Shown: in pieces, positions 12,101-23,753 of the stretch | Layout: every line of letters begins with the position of its first letter | How positions within the stretch are numbered: position 1 is the first letter of the stretch | NCBI GenBank assembly: GCA_002633005.1 | Contig: NMRA01000296.1 | Location: 288,399 to 352,398 of the forward strand | Length of the DNA: 64,000 bases | Source: Phoronis australis | Taxonomy: Eukaryota; Animalia; Phoronida | Reading direction: 5' to 3' | Position numbers and translations under genes: made by a program | The notes under the pieces: model-generated | What the model saw: only the letters and a program-made list of their open reading frames with translations | What the model was told of the DNA's origin: nothing | The model's database searches: none

Positions 12101-15100
12101 ATCGAGGGCCAATATAGTACTCTTGTTGACCTCTGTCTCTGTGCTCATGCTACTGAACTCTTGGCCCCTTAAAAACAAGACTAACACGGAGTGGGTAAGA
12201 CTGTCTGAACGTACAACTGAATACACAGTGAGAAAAAATGGTTCCATGAGCATTTCGAGAGATTCTTCGAGTTCAAGCAAACAAGTTCCCCGTATAGAAA
12301 GGCTACATTATCTATCAAACAAATACATTATTTACTTTATGATCTCTATCAAGTGTGATGTTCTACCTGAAAAGCAACGTTTTTGTGAACAACGCAGGAG
12401 GGAAAACAACAAGCAAAAAATGTAACCATAGCAATTCGTTCAAGTGGAATGAAATATTAGGAATGTGAAATACTTACAGGCAAGTTTCAAAAAAACAAAA
12501 TGTAGGTATAAAATGGTAAAAACGGAATGGGGGCAAAACAAAACATCTCTGTTTAACTTTGCATGAAGCCAACAGTGGAAACTTTGCAACAAAGGGAACT
12601 GGTTCAAAACTGTTGAGATGGAACTCAGAACAAAAGACAACAGAGGTAAGACTAGAATGTTAAGCTAAACAAACAACAGATTTACGCCAGTGTCAGAGTC
12701 CTACAAGAAAGCAGAATGAAGACTGGTGACGATAAAGTATTCTACAAGCAAGACAGAGTTATGATAATCCTGTTAAAATAGGTGCACAAAGAACAATCAC
12801 AATAGAAACAGAAGATATATAAAGCTTATTGAAAACACAATTTAATACTAGATGGATATGCAGTAACACTTAATTTCCCCTGATTTTGCACAAAATCTAA
12901 AGATTCTTGCTCAAAACTCTGTAAAAAGATCCGCTATAGAAACTCTAAAATGTGCGGCAACAAAAGGACTTAAAACCAAATTTCCACTAAGGCCAGTGTT
13001 TGGAATCACTAAATTTGTGCATATAACTGCACTGATTGCACTTATTGAGAGACAGAGGATATTGAAATTTTGGCAGTAATTGCACGTTAGTAGATCAATT
13101 TCATTAATTAATTACAAAAATACAGATTTGCCTGAAGTCACAAAAGGTGCCAAACGTTGTTAAATCTCAAGTCAACAGTCCTAATGCAGTGCCCACAGGC
13201 TAAGATTAAATAAAGTGCTGCCGGAACCAATATTTTAGCAAAAAGAATATAACACCCGAGACAAAACACGGACCATGGTTGTCAATTATCCCAAGTCATA
13301 ACGACTTAAGAACAGAAACATCAGCGAATCGGTTATGACCAAAACCCTTCTGTATTTGGTTTGGGAGACAGACGTGTTACACAAACGGAAGACGAGTGCA
13401 CAACATGAACACAGCTACAACATTTATTGGGCCGCAAACGACCCAGAAATGCTTACATGTTATTAAATATCCATCGGATAAGCGAGAGCAAGTGGAAATC
13501 AAGTGCAAAAAGTGTGAGAATCAGATGACAATAAGACGTGTGATGACCATCATGGAAAAAGTTAAAGCTTTTTATGACAGGAAGTTTTCTGAATCAGTCG
13601 GAGACTGAATTTCACTAACTGGTGCAGCTAAAGAAAGGTATTTGAGCAGCAATAAGATACAGTGGGTTGAAAACAACGTTCGTGTAAATGGAACGTCGTA
13701 ATCAAATGAAAATGTCCGTTTTTTAATCTGAACTTGAAAACAGAAAGCTAAAGGTGATCAAAGGCCAAGAGTCTAATTAACTTGAAAACAGAAAGTCAAG
13801 GTGATCAAAGGGCGAGAGTCCAATCTTCACTACACTAAGCATCTAATGGACACATTTTTATAAACACACAGAGCATCTCATACCAACATGAGGACAAGAA
13901 GCATTATCAAGAACAGCTCTCCATAGCATTTTACAAAATTAAAACCTTTTGCCAAAAATAACTTCAGTCTTATCCTGATAAATCTTTTAAAACTTCAAAA
14001 TATGAATTTTCATGCTGTTCAAACGAGCATTACATAAATTAACGTAAAATGCAATCAGTTCCACCAGTTAATAATAATAATTAGGAGCAAAACTAAAATA
14101 AATCCCCATCGATATTGTTTTTTCGGATGAAGATGAGCAAGATGAGGATGGAGACAACTCCCACGGGACATACCTCGTCAAAGAACGTCTGGGTCTTCCT
14201 CAGAATGTGCTTGAGCTCTGTCAACTCGAGGTAATTACGCTTCAATGCCTCCGAGTTGGCGTTCACTTCCTTCATCTCGTTTTCCAGCTTCTCAAATGTG
14301 GCCTGAATATTTGATTTCTCCGAGTTAAGATGTATTACACCACAACAGTGAATATTCATATGAATCGGCATGAAGCATGGTCCAAGACAAGATATCGGTT
14401 AGTTCAAATACTTGAAGTTAAGGCAAGTCATTTATAATAGAAGAGAGTCATTTTTTTAATAGAATTGTATTTGCGATTCTTTTGTTAAGAAATACACAAG
14501 CTATTAAATGTTCTCAGTATAATCCAACATTCAATGTTTAGTGACACACAGAATGTCCTCACACTCTAAACGATAAAAGAAAATTAGAGCAAAATATTTT
14601 GAAATCGTCATGGATTCTTTAAATGTTCAGTCAAAACCAGACAATAAAAAACATATCAGTCAACATTTCTTCAATTCAGATATTAAGGGTTAGATATATT
14701 AGCAATGCAACTTTGAAACAGACGAGAAACCTGGTCAAGAAAATGTGAAACCAAGGTGTCGAGATTTACGGAGATGCTCTAACACAGAAAAATGACCTTT
14801 TCCCAAACGTGCTAACAATTTTTAATATTCAATGTTGGAAAGCCCATCAAACACTTTCATCAAAAGTATTAATAATTATCCTCCTGTATGCCAATAATTC
14901 GGAGCCGAAAGTGAAACGTCCCTACCTCCAAGTCAATCATCTCCCTTGGGGCGGGTGCATCGGGATTGTCTCCCGTGTCCAGCATTGGAATGCCATCTTT
15001 CTTTATCTCCTTTTCCAAGAAACCTGTTGATGACAAGTAAAAGTGGGAATGTCCCATTTGTAGAGTGGTTTCAAACTACCACACGTTAAAAGCATATTAA

Positions 15101-16365
15101 CAAAAGTCAGAATGACAATTCAAATTACAAAATGCATCAAATATCAATGAAATGAAACCAATAACACCATTTAATATGACTTGACATACATATAATAATC
15201 ATAATCCTAAAACCATTTTTGATTTCTTAAAATCTGGGGCTGGGTATTTAGGCGAATTTGACCATCATTAACCTGAACTGACACAAGCTTATTTCAAGTT
15301 GAGATATATAGAGACCCCGCCCCATCCTCATACACATCCCCACCGCAATAAAATACTCTCGAGACGTACGCAGCTTTCTCTCCATCTCATCACAACGGCG
15401 TACTTCATTGACAAACTTCCTCTGGAATGCATTGACATCTGGATTTAACTGTAAGCAAAGAAAAGTGTTAAAAGTAATCCTGACAAAACACAGGCCAATT
15501 ATTTAAAGCGACACTGTTCCGCAAGTGCAACCACACACTTTCTGACAAGGTCACACGCCTTCTTAAAAAGATACCCAACCCGGTTTTGGCCTATTAATAG
15601 ATATCAAAAACGATATTCCCATCCAATTCCCTGAAACAAAGTACACTCAACAACCCTCAACAATTTGGAACAAAATTCCTTTCAAGTCTGCATAACGGTC
15701 AGGCATGAGCTATGCTTTTAGTGAATTACAAGGCAATTGTGGGTAAAGATTATCTACCAAAAACCATAATACCCAATCTGTGTCATATGGAAGTTTTGAA
15801 TAGATTCCCTGCTTTTATCTTAAGATTGACGCCAATGATTCATTAGCAGGTGACAGAACAAGGATTGGCTGGAATAATCCTCAAAATGAGGTTTAGTATC
15901 CTTTTGAGCAGAACAAAATGCACAAAAATCTCAACTTCTCTCTCCTTGAATTTCATTGAAATTCTTCGATAAGGAGTTCAATTGTCGTTAGACAACTCTC
16001 CATCATAAGTTTTCTTTCATAGCCATGTAGTATGTACTTTCATAGCCATGTAGTATGTACTTTCATAGCCATGTAGCATGTACTTACATAGCCATGTAGT
16101 ATGTACTTACATAGCCATGTAGTATGTACTTACATAGCCATGTAGTATGTACTTACATAGCCATGTAGTATGTACTTACATAGCCATGTAGTATGTACTT
16201 ACATAGCCATGTAGTATGTACTTACATAGCCATGTAGTATGTACTTACATCCCTGAACTGGACCAGACCCAGCTCTCCTAATTCAGACACACACGCATAA
16301 GCAGCCTCTGATTGTAAAAACAGTTGACACAGGGTCATCTCTTCACTTCGGAACAACGACCCCAT
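3045..16365 (-). CDS. ATP6V0A1: V-type proton ATPase V0 subunit a (116 kDa a1-like), spliced, 3' end outside window
   Basis: Coding exons on the minus strand: 16365-16249, 15448-15370, 15023-14926, 14302-14174, 10973-10870 (or 8871-8774), 6941-6815, 6270-6094, 5476-5264, 4728-4578, 4036-3897, 3190-3045. All are GT-AG with compatible phases. Translation runs [23 protein letters not shown]...[27 protein letters not shown]...[27 protein letters not shown]...TNKFT...[34 protein letters not shown]...[21 protein letters not shown], the diagnostic a-subunit motifs. Confidence 0.96.
3897..4036 (-). CDS. ATP6V0A1: V-ATPase a exon ([22 protein letters not shown]...ITDE), copy B
   Basis: 140 nt, GT-AG, first transmembrane segments. 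Confidence 0.92.
4578..4728 (-). CDS. ATP6V0A1: V-ATPase a exon ([14 protein letters not shown]...YREVNP), copy B
   Basis: 151 nt, acceptor tttttag, donor GTCAGT. Confidence 0.92.
5264..5476 (-). CDS. ATP6V0A1: V-ATPase a exon ([13 protein letters not shown]...CLIAECWCP...LRRGT)
   Basis: 213 nt, GT-AG; overlaps ORF 5207..5473. Confidence 0.95.
5473..5815 (-). repeat. Degenerate ~45-bp minisatellite reiterating the splice acceptor of the 213-nt exon
   Basis: aacctggatgagaaata-like units at 5474, 5602, 5647 and 5692, with weaker copies at ~5568, ~5767 and ~5800. Confidence 0.7.
6094..6270 (-). CDS. ATP6V0A1: V-ATPase a exon ([19 protein letters not shown]...IEDLNT)
   Basis: 177 nt, GT-AG; lies within ORF 6046..6297. 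Confidence 0.95.
6815..6941 (-). CDS. ATP6V0A1: V-ATPase a exon 7 ([42 protein letters not shown])
   Basis: 127 nt, phase 2 to 0, donor GTAAGT. Confidence 0.95.
8774..8871 (-). CDS. ATP6V0A1: V-ATPase a alternative exon 6b ([33 protein letters not shown])
   Basis: 98 nt, stop-free, acceptor ttctgttggtag, donor GG|GTGCGT. Same phase 0 to 2 and same LxLG ending as exon 6a. Confidence 0.8.
10870..10973 (-). CDS. ATP6V0A1: V-ATPase a exon 6a ([35 protein letters not shown])
   Basis: 104 nt, acceptor tttgtttggtag, donor GG|GTAAGG. Phase 0 to 2, as needed to join exon 5 to the FVAGVI exon. CTAAC branch-like motif about 30 nt upstream. Confidence 0.88.
14174..14302 (-). CDS. ATP6V0A1: V-ATPase a exon 5 (ATFEKLENE...TQTFFDE)
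   Basis: 129 nt, phase 0 to 0, GT-AG. Confidence 0.95.
14926..15023 (-). CDS. ATP6V0A1: V-ATPase a exon ([32 protein letters not shown])
   Basis: 98 nt, phase 1 to 0, GT-AG. Confidence 0.95.
15370..15448 (-). CDS. ATP6V0A1: V-ATPase a exon ([27 protein letters not shown])
   Basis: 79 nt, cag acceptor, GTACGT donor, highly conserved motif. Confidence 0.95.
16014..16250. repeat. 23-bp minisatellite, 10 copies plus 7 nt, overlapping the donor of the first coding exon
   Basis: Unit CTTACATAGCCATGTAGTATGTA; the three distal copies begin CTTTC. Confidence 0.97.
16249..16365 (-). CDS. ATP6V0A1: V-ATPase a first coding exon ([10 protein letters not shown]...LVQFRD)
   Basis: 117 nt, ATG at 16365, donor GAT|GTAAGT; missed by the ORF track. 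Confidence 0.95.
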
Positions 16366-17901
16366 CCTACTTAGGTCAGTTGATCTTTGTTACCTTGGAA
16401 ACTGAAATGAGAACCAGTAGACCATAACATGATACACCAACATCCGTTGATAAATAATCGCGATTGTTACGACAAAAGTTAAGTACAAAGTATAATGCTG
16501 TGGAGCCCGAAAAATGTTATTTCTTCAGTTTTGACGTAAATTATGAGTAATTAGTGAAATATCCTACCAAGTGGGTTCTGACTTGACACTTATTGTAGCC
16601 AAGCAAAGTGGAACAAGGCATGATGATTAACAGGTAGGTTTTTAGAGGAGTTTATTTTTAATCAAAATATGAGAACTAATTTGAAAGGGATGACTATCAT
16701 GTATCAAACTGCCTCATTAGATTAGTCACATGATCCTGGTTGAACTTTAACCTTTAACATATAAATAGCCTCTGCTTATGTACTGAGTCACTTGAAGATC
16801 AGTACAGTTTAATATCTGATTAAACTTATAATTCCAGTACAATTACAATGACATGTGATTTGAATAATCCACACCGATACTAGTTCTCTGGGGTTCAAAA
16901 TCATCCATTTTCAGGAGTCTTGAGGTCCTTTTCAAAATTTGCTCAGAGTTGCAGTCTGCAGGTAATAATATAATGAAAACTACTGACGAAGTGCAACCAC
17001 TTCTCAAAACTCTAGAACTGTGTGCAAACTCGAGAATAAAATGAAGTGAACATGAAGAAATGGCAAAAACAAAAATTTGTTTACAAACAGATGGCGCTCG
17101 GTTTCACGACACATATGAGCGTTACAAAAATTTAACTGCAGAAAAACAAACCAATGGCACTGTTTTCCCAGGACACTTGTATAATATAATAGTTCCACTT
17201 TAAACTGACATAATGTTCAAAATTATAATCTAGATTCATAATATTTGTGTTCACATGCTCAAGAGACCTAGAATTGTGTTAGTTTTACCTAAAGTACTTA
17301 AAGCTTCATTGTTTGTAATTTTCAATGTTTATGTTTGAAAATCAGTTTATAAGGACCATTTTATCCATTTCTTTCAAAAAGAAAACAAATGCCTTTCTTT
17401 TCTGGAGCTTGCTAATCAGTGCCTATAAATGTCAGATCTGACGTTGACGATGAAAAGGATTGAAACTGTGGTTCAGTCGGCAAAAGCTCAACTTCTCTGT
17501 ACAACATTTAACAAATGAGTAAAGATATGGTAAGACTACCACAATAGCACACATTCTACATGTCTCACAAGCACTACTAAATTCAGGATTCTAGGTTATA
17601 AAATGACCAAGTTATGACAACTAAAAGTGTGACCGCTAGCAATATCTAGCAAGTGTCACACGGTAGTTTAATCATGGAAAAGTGTAGTTTTTAATAACAT
17701 TAACTTCTTGTCAGATTTTACATCACTAGTTTTTTTGCCCACATCATTTCAAGCAAGGGTGTATGTTTGTGTTTACACAGGTGTGTATCAAGGCTTGCTC
17801 CAGTGTTGTGACATGTAACTTCTCGGTGTGACGAAGTTGAATAAAACCTCTCCAAATCACGTGCCAATGGGCAACTGCCAGCCAGCTGGTTTGGATATTT
17901 A

Positions 17902-18403
17902 GGCCCTTTCATACTGACTTAACTCCGGTCTGAGCGGAGCGTTGACATAAACAGCGCAGCTAACTGGACTGTTCATACTGGCTTCGTTAGTTAATGAACA
18001 TCGAAGTAAACGGTACGTGACGCTGTCGTCATCAAAGTTATCGCAAGGTAGCGCTGCACAATAAGATTTTTTCAATGAGACAATACGAGAACCTTAACAT
18101 GTGCTACTTATTTTTAAATCGATTAGTTGTTATTAGAGCAAAATATAAGCAGCTATTAGTGACGACACTACCCTGTAAGTTACCTGTAACTGTTGACGAT
18201 AACAGCGGCACCAGGTGATAACTTTGATTGAACGAAGTTAAGAGTTCATACTGCACCGCAGCGTCAACGCTGCGCTATTAAAGACACCTGTTAACTGCGA
18301 TGTTAACTGGAGCTGTTAAGTGCAATCCAGGACCGGAGTTAAGCGTTCATACTGACCGCAACTCCCCAAACCATCGACACGTCGACGTTAGTATGAAAGG
18401 CCC
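17902..18403. mobile_element. Non-autonomous DNA transposon (MITE, PIF/Harbinger-like termini)
   Basis: Termini GGCCCTTTCATACTGAC ... GTTAGTATGAAAGGCCC, with internal repeats of TTCATACTG and the inverted pair TTAACTCCGG/CCGGAGTTAA. Left flank is TTA; right flank is imperfect. Confidence 0.72.
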
Positions 18404-18404
18404 T

Positions 18405-18796
18405 TTTGACTTGCACACTGAAGATCCCGAATTCAAGTCTCAGTAGTAGTGGATTTTTCTACATTGGTGCCTGACATTGTTAGCATCCACATTCTAGCAA
18501 GATGTCAGCACTCCTCATAGGTGGTCACAAGCCATTTTCCTAGCCTGGAAACATCAATGATCAACTCCCAGCCCCAGGCACGAGACATGGCCAACCTGCA
18601 GGCTAGGTGGTGCGCTTCATCCGTAGAAGGGATAGGACCATTGAGACTCTTAACTTCTGAGTATCACATAGTCAAATAAAGCCTCCCCAAATAACTTGGG
18701 AATGGACAGTTGCCAATTGGCCAATCAATTTAGAAGCTTCGCTCGCAGGCCAAAGATCCCCGGTTCAAGTCTCAGTACTAGTGGATTTTTCTACAT
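18405..18796 (+). mobile_element. Two tRNA-derived SINE heads/fragments
   Basis: A ~45-bp block AAGATCCC..TTCAAGTCTCAGTA.TAGTGGATTTTTCTACAT occurs at ~18422 and ~18752. The second copy has A-box-like TGGCCAATCAATTTAGA and B-box-like GGTTCAAGTC. Confidence 0.5.
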
Positions 18797-18949
18797 CATA
18801 GCGTCACCATGGGAGCTTGTTTCAATCTATTCATTTCATTATATGCATATATGCAAATTTTTGTCTGGAACATAATCTCCTGTCTTCGCCCTTTTGAACC
18901 TTGTCGGTACACATTAATTGACAAACACGTTATATGTCTAGCTGGAATG

Positions 18950-19375
18950 CGATAGCCGCAGATGAATAGATTGTTCATCACAAGGTCTAGGCAGAATACC
19001 ATCTCTATCTCTCTTGAAACTCTTCGAAGTCAAGGATTCTGAAGTGGTGCAAGTTACGAAATTAAAAGTGCAATGTTGAGATGTGTATGTACAAGAGTGT
19101 AGTGTGAGGGAGCAGTGCAATGTGCATGAAGTACAGTGGTGACTAACATGAGAGGATGGCTCTCTGGAACGACTGGAACTGGAAGTAATGTACAGAGGCA
19201 GAACCAATGACTGTTGTAGCACAGGCTTTTGTGTGGGGTGACCATACTGTTGAGCAGTACTCAAGTTTTGGTCGGACTAGAGTGGCATAACCTATTTCTT
19301 TAATTTTCTGAGGGGTGTGTCGAATGTTTTGTCTGGGAAATCCAAGGGTTTTATTGGCAAAAGCAGCAGTCGCCT
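18950..19375 (-). mobile_element. Decayed 3' fragment of a non-LTR retrotransposon ORF2
   Basis: ANKTLGFPRQNIRHTPQKIKEIGYATLVRPKLEYCSTVWSPH matches the post-RT motif 'AN.TLGF...AY..LVRP.LEY...VW.PH' of LINE ORF2. Frameshifted downstream. Confidence 0.75.
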
Positions 19376-19546
19376 CGGGGAATAGGGCGAATAGGCGTCT
19401 CCTGTCGGTCACCAGACACCAACAAACAAAATCAGGTTTTATACTATATAAACTAAACTATGATTGAAAAGTAACAATTTTATGAAAATTTAAAATGCTC
19501 TGGAAACAAAATACTACGAATGATTAGCCTTGCTCAGGACATTTAC

Positions 19547-19610
19547 CTTCAAACCTGTTAATTAATTTCTGTCTTCTGATCCTCACTGAAAAATCGATGA
19601 CGATGACGGT
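19547..19610 (-). other. Probable non-coding first exon of the V-ATPase a gene
   Basis: Minus-strand donor GAAG|GTAAAT at 19547/19546. The coding exon has its own acceptor (tctcatttcag) at 16401, upstream of the ATG, so a 5' UTR exon is needed. An ETS-like motif is adjacent. The start boundary is approximate. Confidence 0.5.
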
Positions 19611-19680
19611 AAACGGAAGTCATATGATCATCTCCCACTAAAAATTTCTTTCGATGAATGTCAGTGCCATCTGCAGGGCT
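19611..19680. promoter_or_regulatory. Candidate V-ATPase a core promoter: ETS-like ACGGAAGT and CTCF-like motif
   Basis: ACGGAAGT at 19613-19620; CCTGCAGATGGCAC on the minus strand at 19664-19677. Motif match only. Confidence 0.4.
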
Positions 19681-19692
19681 GTGAATGAATGC

Positions 19693-22600
19693 ACAAAAGA
19701 CTTTAATTGAATACTTAATGAGGTATTGCCCAGACAATACCTTATTAGGTACTCAATTTAAGTCTTTTTTCGAAGCTTATTTATTTGAGAAAAGCTCATT
19801 TCAAATGAGAAGGTTTTGAGTCCATTTATGCAGAGTTCGGAAAAACGTTTATTCTTCATTTTTATGTAGTGAAAGCTAGATGTGAGTGTTCCTTCCAAAA
19901 GAAATTTGGATATTGCTGGAATGAGAAAAACATCATTAGTTCCCATGGTGCAAAACTATTCATTTTCTAGAATATTTTAGTAATATTTTTGGGACACCAA
20001 GAACCAAGCGTCGTCTTGAGTCTAAGTGACATTCACACATGAGGACGGCGTCAGCAAANCCAGCGTGTGGAACTGCTGCTTCTGTGATCGACGTGTTGAC
20101 ACAGTTTCGCTTCCTGTATTTCCGGTGACATCTCGGCAATGTTCGGAAAATAGCCCGTAAGGGAAGACTCAGTCCGTCTGCTACTGGACTGAATCATTGT
20201 CAAACATACGATCAGTCAGCGTGACCATGAGATTAAGCTCAAACGAGCCCCCCCCCCATTTGACGAGAGAAACAAAAATTCCGAGAAAACGAGTCAACCG
20301 TCCTCTAAAAAGGTGCAGAAAGACAGTTCACCGAACTGAAGGTCGAGGTCCCCGTTTTCAGTAGTCCTCCTGCTTTTTGTTAGCAAAAGGTCCACTTTGT
20401 CAGAGATTCGAGCTCCCCCCATATTAAAGGCTGGGTGCGCGCATATCTAAAGCTTTAAAGAGAGAATGGTATGCCTCAGGGTCCTGGCACAAACCGGGCC
20501 TCTGTTGCCTGTGACGTTATTGGGTGCATCAGTGCATGTGCTCCTATATCATGATGATAAACCGTTTCACTTGGTGTTTTATCCTCGTGGATACAGCTAG
20601 TGAATTTATCTAATTGCTCAATTTCAGACTGATTCGATTCTAGTCCTTGGTATAGTACTACGTCACTGACGCCGGGTTACATTATTTGACTATCATTTCT
20701 GCAAATGTACGGCTTTGCCACCTCTTCGCACATTTTATCAACGTTCGCAACTAAATTGCAGAGGCGAATCGAGGATTTTTAAAAAGGGGGTCCAAGTCAA
20801 AAATCAGTCGAAAATTCTAACTTTGATATCACTAAAACAAAAGGATAAAGGGCCATCTGGACACTTAACCTCCCTTTGATCCGCACATGAAGTGGGCGCA
20901 ACGTTGGAACATAGGTCTACAGTTACAAACTGACGCGAAGATGAATCAAGGAATATTTGACCTGTGCGACTTGTTAGCACTATCGTCCTCTATACAGTTT
21001 GATGCATCTGTTATCTCAAGAGGGGTTCGCTTGGTTCCAATACTGGGCATTTGTTAAATGAGCATGCTTATGGTAAGAAGTGTACATTTTTTAATAAAAG
21101 AGCGTAGTTGTTTTCGGAACCAGACTTCGTTTCCAGCGCAAATGAAACAACGTTTGTTCTGCCGCGTATACCGATGAAATTACACTATTTTCAAATGTTT
21201 AATCTCTTTTGTGTCTTGCTTGAATAATCATTTGCGAAACTATATGTGTTCCACGCGGTATGTTTTCTGTAGTTCTAGTGAAAGAAATTCTCTTGACTGA
21301 CATGGAAATAGACATCTGAAGTCTATGGAGCAAACCCTGGCAGACACAGACGACTGTAACCGACAATCCCACATTCTATCAAAATCCTGATTAGGTATAT
21401 CTCATGCTCTGACCAGCTTCTGAGTTTTTCAACCTCGGGCCTGACAGTTCAATGTCCATTCTCGGAGTCACAAGGCACTAGGCACTAATGACCTACATGA
21501 CAGCCACGACGCGTTATTTTAGTTGCCTTGCGACGGATGGAGGCGTGCGAAACACAAAGAGATCCCTTGTCACTCTCACCGCTAATCCGTCGCCGCTAAT
21601 CCGTCGCAAGAACTAAAACAACGCGCCCCGTCAAGGGGAACAATTAAAAACTTTTGATACATAGCCAACACGACGAACTTGAACTTTTATACACACAGCT
21701 CAAAACGGTTTACTTTGTGATTTCGCACCCCCAAACTGCGATTCTGTCGCCCCTGTAGCGCCTTTTCGAGGAGGGCGGGGGGGGGGGGTCAGCGGAGAGA
21801 TTGTAAACTCTGAGCATCTTTCGTGCTTTTAAATCGTTTCTGACGGTGATTATAAACTGAAATTACATGGATTGGCAATTAGTACTTAATAAAAGGTTCT
21901 AAGAATTGGCAGTCTATGTATTTAGTGAGTGTGCTGTTATTTCACTCAAATCGTATACGAGACGTTTGCTCAAGGGCTGCAGCGGCATCCCCAGCGTACC
22001 CTTTAGGCGTTTCATGATTAACACTTGAATGCATTCAATATAAAAACAAAATTATTTTTAAGTCGACACACGGCTGTCAGAAAATTAATACAAAACAAAC
22101 AAAAATCTACCAACTATACTGCAAAATTAGCACTTAGCGATCGATCACGCAAGGAGACTCAATTATTATTAGTTAATAAATTATTTATTAATAACATATT
22201 TACCATCTGTCAACAGGAATAATTGAAAAAACTTTCGCGCCAAAAGATTCCTGTCGTCATTGACAACGTCGTCGATGTTTCTTTGCGTTTACGTTCCAAG
22301 TCGCCATCACACCGACCTGGCTTTGCTGACGCCGTCCTCATGTGTGAATGTCACTTAGACTCAAGACGACGCTTGGTTCTTGGTGTCCCAAAAATATTAC
22401 TAAAATATTCTAGAAAATGAATAGTTTTGCACCATGGGAACTAATGATGTTTTTCTCATTCCAGCAATATCCAAATTTCTTTTGGAAGGAACACTCACAT
22501 CTAGCTTTCACTACATAAAAATGAAGAATAAACGTTTTTCCGAACTCTGTATAAATGGACTCAAAACCTTCTCATTTGAAATGAGCTTTTCTCAAATAAA

Positions 22601-23751
22601 TAAGCTTCGAAAAAAGACTTAAATTGAGTACCTAATAAGGTATTGTCTGGGCAATACCTCATTAAGTATTCAATTAAAGTCTTTTGTCTAAGCTCATTTA
22701 TTTGAGAAAAGCTAATTTCAAATGAGACGGTGTTACTCTCTCAGTTTCAGCCATGAGTCTTATCCGTCTCAGTGAAGTAGTGAGTGTTGGGCCCCCAGTG
22801 ATCATTCGCGCTGCAGCTGCTCACCTGGCACTAGGTTACGTGCTCAAGTGTATTTTTGTTTTTTACAATTATAGTCAATACTACGGCACTTTATTATAGT
22901 CAATACTACGGCACTTTATTATAGTCAATACTACGGCACTTTATTATAGTCAATACTACGGCACTTTTCCTAATTTCGACGGATCGTAAAACAAACTTCA
23001 TGGAGATTCTTGGAATAGAAGAAACCGACCATTATTCTTCACAGCAAAACCATTGTCAATTATTCATATTTGAAATGCTCCCTGCTAACATTTTCGTGAT
23101 ACAAACACTGTATATACAAGGTCCATCGGTGACATACATAATGCCCCAAAATGGGAATCATTTCAGGTGGGTATAACAATAAGTTACCAGTACAAAAACT
23201 TTAAAAACAAAACATAAAAACACAGGGTTGCCGGTTATTACTGAACTTAAGTGAAAATATACATGACTTGATGTGGGTACAATATCAATTATAGGCTAAT
23301 TACTGATCAGTTACAGATTTAGTCTACTCAGTGGAATCCAAATCAGAACTGATGATGCTGCTAATCAAGTTGTTTATAAATAGCGGAAAATCCATGATCC
23401 GCCGTGTGATTATAAGAACGGGCATGGTAACAGACGGGATATCAATAAAACTTTAACTTGAGACATTAGAAGTTAGAGAAACATGCACTAAAGAAGGAGT
23501 GAATCGGAAATGCAAGCCACAGGTCGTGACAAAATCACCCATCTAAAAGGCACGCCGCATGCACCCTCACTGGCGTCAGGTCACGACGCCAGACGGTCGG
23601 CGTATGTTTGACAATGATTCAGTCCAGTAGCAGACGGACTGAGTCTTCCCTTACGGGCTATTTTCCGAACATTGCCGAGATGTCACCGGAAATACAGGAA
23701 GCGAAACTGTGTCAACACGTCGATCACAGAAGCAGCAGTTCCACACGCTGG
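19693..23751. repeat. Interleaved inverted duplications: 19693-20058 = rc(22322-22687); 20060-20210 = rc(23601-23751)
   Basis: Near-perfect identity; the same 62-aa spurious ORF appears on both strands. An N at 20059 separates the two blocks. Confidence 0.95.
22868..22967. repeat. 25-bp tandem repeat x4
   Basis: ATTATAGTCAATACTACGGCACTTT, four exact copies. Confidence 0.97.
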
Positions 23752-23753
23752 TC

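Noticed and set aside
11913-12425. 170-aa plus-strand ORF and overlapping 87-aa minus-strand ORF as a nested gene or exon
   Set aside because: No domain similarity that I recognise, low-complexity composition, and the splice phases do not fit the V-ATPase frame.
13590-13630. Minus-strand acceptor followed by [17 protein letters not shown]-stop as an alternative terminal exon (similar case near 11673)
   Set aside because: The first needs phase 1 but exon 5 ends in phase 0; the second gives a short featureless peptide. Neither has independent support.
16014-16250. CRISPR-like regular repeats (also 22868-22967 and 39485-39556)
   Set aside because: Units are head-to-tail with no unique spacers, there are no cas genes, and the context is eukaryotic; these are minisatellites.
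18700-18785. tRNA gene (also 30200-30320)
   Set aside because: A/B-box-like motifs are present but the acceptor stem does not close; more consistent with SINE heads.
19758-22622. Identical 62-aa ORF on both strands (MGTNDVFLIP...) as a duplicated small gene
   Set aside because: It is a by-product of the inverted duplication of AT-rich intergenic DNA, with no recognisable motif or splice support.
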